Source: Vermamoeba vermiformis
Lineage: Eukaryota
Reading direction: 5' to 3'
DNA length: 64,000 nucleotides
NCBI GenBank assembly: GCA_045837725.1
Contig: JBEWZL010000244.1
Span: 310,001-374,000 of the forward strand
Both the position numbers and the translations under genes were made by a program. Within the stretch, counting starts at the first letter, position 1; each line of letters opens with the position of its first letter. Shown one piece after another: positions 61,283 through 64,000 of the stretch. The notes under the pieces were generated by a model. It ran no database searches. It was not told the origin of the DNA and saw nothing but the letters and a program-made list of their open reading frames with translations.

Positions 61283-61384
61283 ATTAAAATATAGCGTAGA
61301 TTCTGTGGCTTCAGAATTCAGGACAAAAACAAAATGATTTTTTTTCCGTTCAAAAAAGTAAGTCAAGTTCCACAAAAACGGATC

Positions 61385-62466
61385 ATGACGAGCACTGGCT
61401 ACGATACAGATTATAGTTCTATAGAACAATTCGTTAGTACTACCACTGCCGAGGCAAATACAGGAGGCTACGACGAGGCCTATGATCTTTTTGGTGGCCC
61501 TTTTGAATCCAGATTAGAAATCGATAACATCGATATTAACGCAGATCCTTCAATTATTAAAAATAAGGTAAAAATATAGCAATTACGCTCGTTTATAAAC
61601 GCGTAAGACTAATGCAGAATTTGAATTTTAAATAATTTAATTTTTTTAAAATAGGTGCAATTCGAACGAGCGTTGGTAAAAGGCATTCCATTTACTCTAG
61701 AATTAGAAGAGCTTAGTGATTGGATTTCATTCCAACTTTCAGTCAACGAATTTCGTCTGCTCTGCGACGCCCTCAAAAAGACAAAAAAGTTGAAAGTTTT
61801 AAATTTATCCAGCCAATCACATTTGAAAGCAGCCATAAAATTATTAGAAGACGCGTTGAAAGTCAATACATCATTACACGAGCTTTGTTTGGCTGGAAAC
61901 CAAGTTGACGTTGAAGTTTGTAAATCCATCGGCGAGATCTTGAAGGTCAACAAAACACTTCGCTGCATTAATATAGAGTGGAGTAGATATATGGAGCCTG
62001 ATTGTTATAAATACATTGCCGAGGGTTTATTAGTGAACGATACCCTCGTCGAAATGCTGATGGGCGAGAATTCACTGAACGACGAAGGATTGAAATATTT
62101 GAAAGCAGTCGTTGAAGTTAATAAGACTATACGATGGTTTAATATAGATGGTAAGTTGAATAAGATGAGAAAAATTATCAAACGGATCTAACAATTTTTT
62201 TTCTAATTTCAGACAGTGATGTTAATAAAAATGAATGGAGATATGTCACCGGCAAAACAGACGAAAATTACAAAAATCAGAAGATATTCGTCAAGGACAT
62301 GATGGTTATAATACACAATATAGTTAGGGATCGATCAGTAATGGAAAAACTTCCCGTCGAGATGTGGTGTCACGTGTTCGGTTTCGTGACGCGTCTAGGC
62401 GTGTTCATCGACTTTGGTCAGCGATTCAAAACAGTGCTCGCCAAGTACAATACAAAGAGCAACTAA
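61385..62466 (+). CDS. RNI-like LRR protein with C-terminal F-box-like motif
   Basis: LRRs ALKVNTSLHELCLAGNQV, ILKVNKTLRCINI and GLLVNDTLVEMLMGENSL. The last exon (from 62213, missed by the ORF track) contains MEKLPVEMWCHVFGFV. Confidence 0.82.
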
Positions 62467-62589
62467 TGATCAATCAAATATTTATTACAGCACTGGCAAG
62501 GACTCGCGTTCGTGAAGTGAGACATCGTTTCACAGCAAAAATTTTTGGCTTAGAAAAGCGGTGCTGAGGATGAATTGTCGCGTGATGGA

Positions 62590-63731
62590 TTAGGCTGGGG
62601 TGGACTCAAGAGCACCCATTTGTTTCAATTGCGCGAATCGTTCTTGGACGGTTGTGCCGCGCTTGCCGGTGATGTCCTTGAACGCAGAGGTCACGTGGAC
62701 TTTACCAGCCACACAGTTTTGATAGAGCTGCAAGACACCGATGGCTTGGTGCTCGGGATAGAATCCTTTGAAGGACTCGAGAGCGTCTTCGTCAGAAATA
62801 GCCACGTACTTGACCTCGCGACCAATGGCCTTGGAGATCTGCGCGGCCTTTTGGTCACCAGTCAAGTCTTCAGGACCAGTGAACTCATAGGCCTTGTTGT
62901 GGTGACGCTCGGCGTGAAGTAAAATTTCAGCAGCGGCCTCGCCTACGTCTTCAACAGAGACGGGCGGGAATGCGCTAGATCCGAGGGGCTCGGCAAAGGA
63001 TCCCTTCAGAATAGAGTCTTTTTGGCCAAGTAAGTTTTCCTAATAATAGGCACAATATATTAGTGATCGATTTAAAAATATTACCCGAAAATTAAGACTT
63101 TGCAAGTAGGCAAAAATATAAATCTTGCGTCTGAGAACTTACTTGGAACATGACCATACGAAGGATAGTATACGACATGCCAGTGTTTTTAATTCGATCT
63201 TCACCAGAACCAAATTCGTGAGCGAAAGCAAAGTTGCGCGCGTCTAGCAAGGAGAAAAGTCAGCACGCGTGACCTCAGATCTTGTTGACACGTTTGTGAC
63301 ACGTACCTGAACCAAACGCAGAGCCCATTACTATGAACTTAACACCGACCTCCTTGGCTGCATCGACGATATTGTTGAATGGAATCATTCGATCGCCTGC
63401 CTTGCTGCCTTTGGTCGGATTTGGTGGGGTCGCCCAGATTCGGTCAGCACCCTAGTCAATTCCATTTGTGAGAACGCACGATTCAGAAGTATAATAATAT
63501 TGTATAGACTATGCGCAATACCTTAATGCCGTCGCGCAGGCACTTCTGATCCATAAAGTCTATGGATACGAATTCAGCGCCTTGATCGATTAACTCTTTT
63601 ACGTCTTCTTTCTTTCTAGCACTAACGCGAATAGTAAATTTGCTTTTATCAGCTTTTTGCAAAAGACGGCGTGCAATAGGGTTGCCGGTGTTGCCTTTGG
63701 CTCCTGTAACTAAAATAACTATTTTGCTCAT
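62590..63731 (-). CDS. NmrA-like NAD(P)-binding (atypical SDR) protein
   Basis: ILVTGAKGNTG, AAKEVGVKFIV, TGMSYTILRMVMF, VSVEDVGEAAA, AYEFTGPEDLTG and AIGREVKYV. Confidence 0.92.
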
Positions 63732-64000
63732 TATTGAAGGTAATTTGATAAATGTATTGTGTTATTAATGATACTGAACTTGATTCAAAGGTGTTTTGCG
63801 CTCTTAAAGCTCGTGCGAGAGAAGAAATCTCTTGCAGATCTGCTCTTAAATAACCCAAATTACGAAGACTGCAACAGAAGAAAATATAAATTGTGCTTCC
63901 AGAAGGAGATGAGTTTTTCCTCCGTATTGATGACAAACGTTAGTTCCTGGGCGTTTCAGAAATTTACAATTTTATTTTTCGCGGTGGATGCGCAAACACA

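Noticed and set aside
1-64000. Prokaryotic operon, CRISPR array or phage-defence system interpretation
   Set aside because: Genes are split by spliceosomal introns and encode eukaryote-specific proteins. No repeat-spacer array or cas-like ORF was seen.
1-64000. Alternative genetic code suggested by the fragmented ORFs
   Set aside because: In the conserved genes I checked, stops fall within GT-AG introns, and exons join in frame under the standard code.

Overview
This is eukaryotic nuclear DNA, not prokaryotic. It is gene-dense and AT-rich in non-coding regions, with many short GT-AG introns (mostly about 40-110 nt; GTAAGT/GTACGT donors; CTAAC/CTGAC-like branch sites), so the ORF track shows only exon fragments. 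Gene content suggests a free-living protist, probably an amoebozoan (inference). I reconstructed about 28 genes by hand. Conserved ones are gcvT, a DUF836 glutaredoxin-like protein, an LTA4H-type M1 aminopeptidase, GDAP2, LDAH, ELP6, a DEAD-box helicase, TTC13/SRFR1, a HAM1-like protein, NUB1 and an NmrA-like protein. Accessory genes include three members of a central-F-box family (two inverted, sharing near-identical patches), other putative cullin-ligase adaptors, bacterial-like secreted enzymes (a DUF6259-like protein and a tandem pair whose putative GPI tails both read through), a SET methyltransferase with a signal-peptide-like N-terminus, and a divergent actin. Recurrent non-coding palindromes (TGACACGTGTCA and GATC-core words) also stand out. 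I found no tRNA, rRNA, CRISPR array or autonomous transposon. Feature coordinates span whole genes including introns. Family names come from motif recognition, not database searches.
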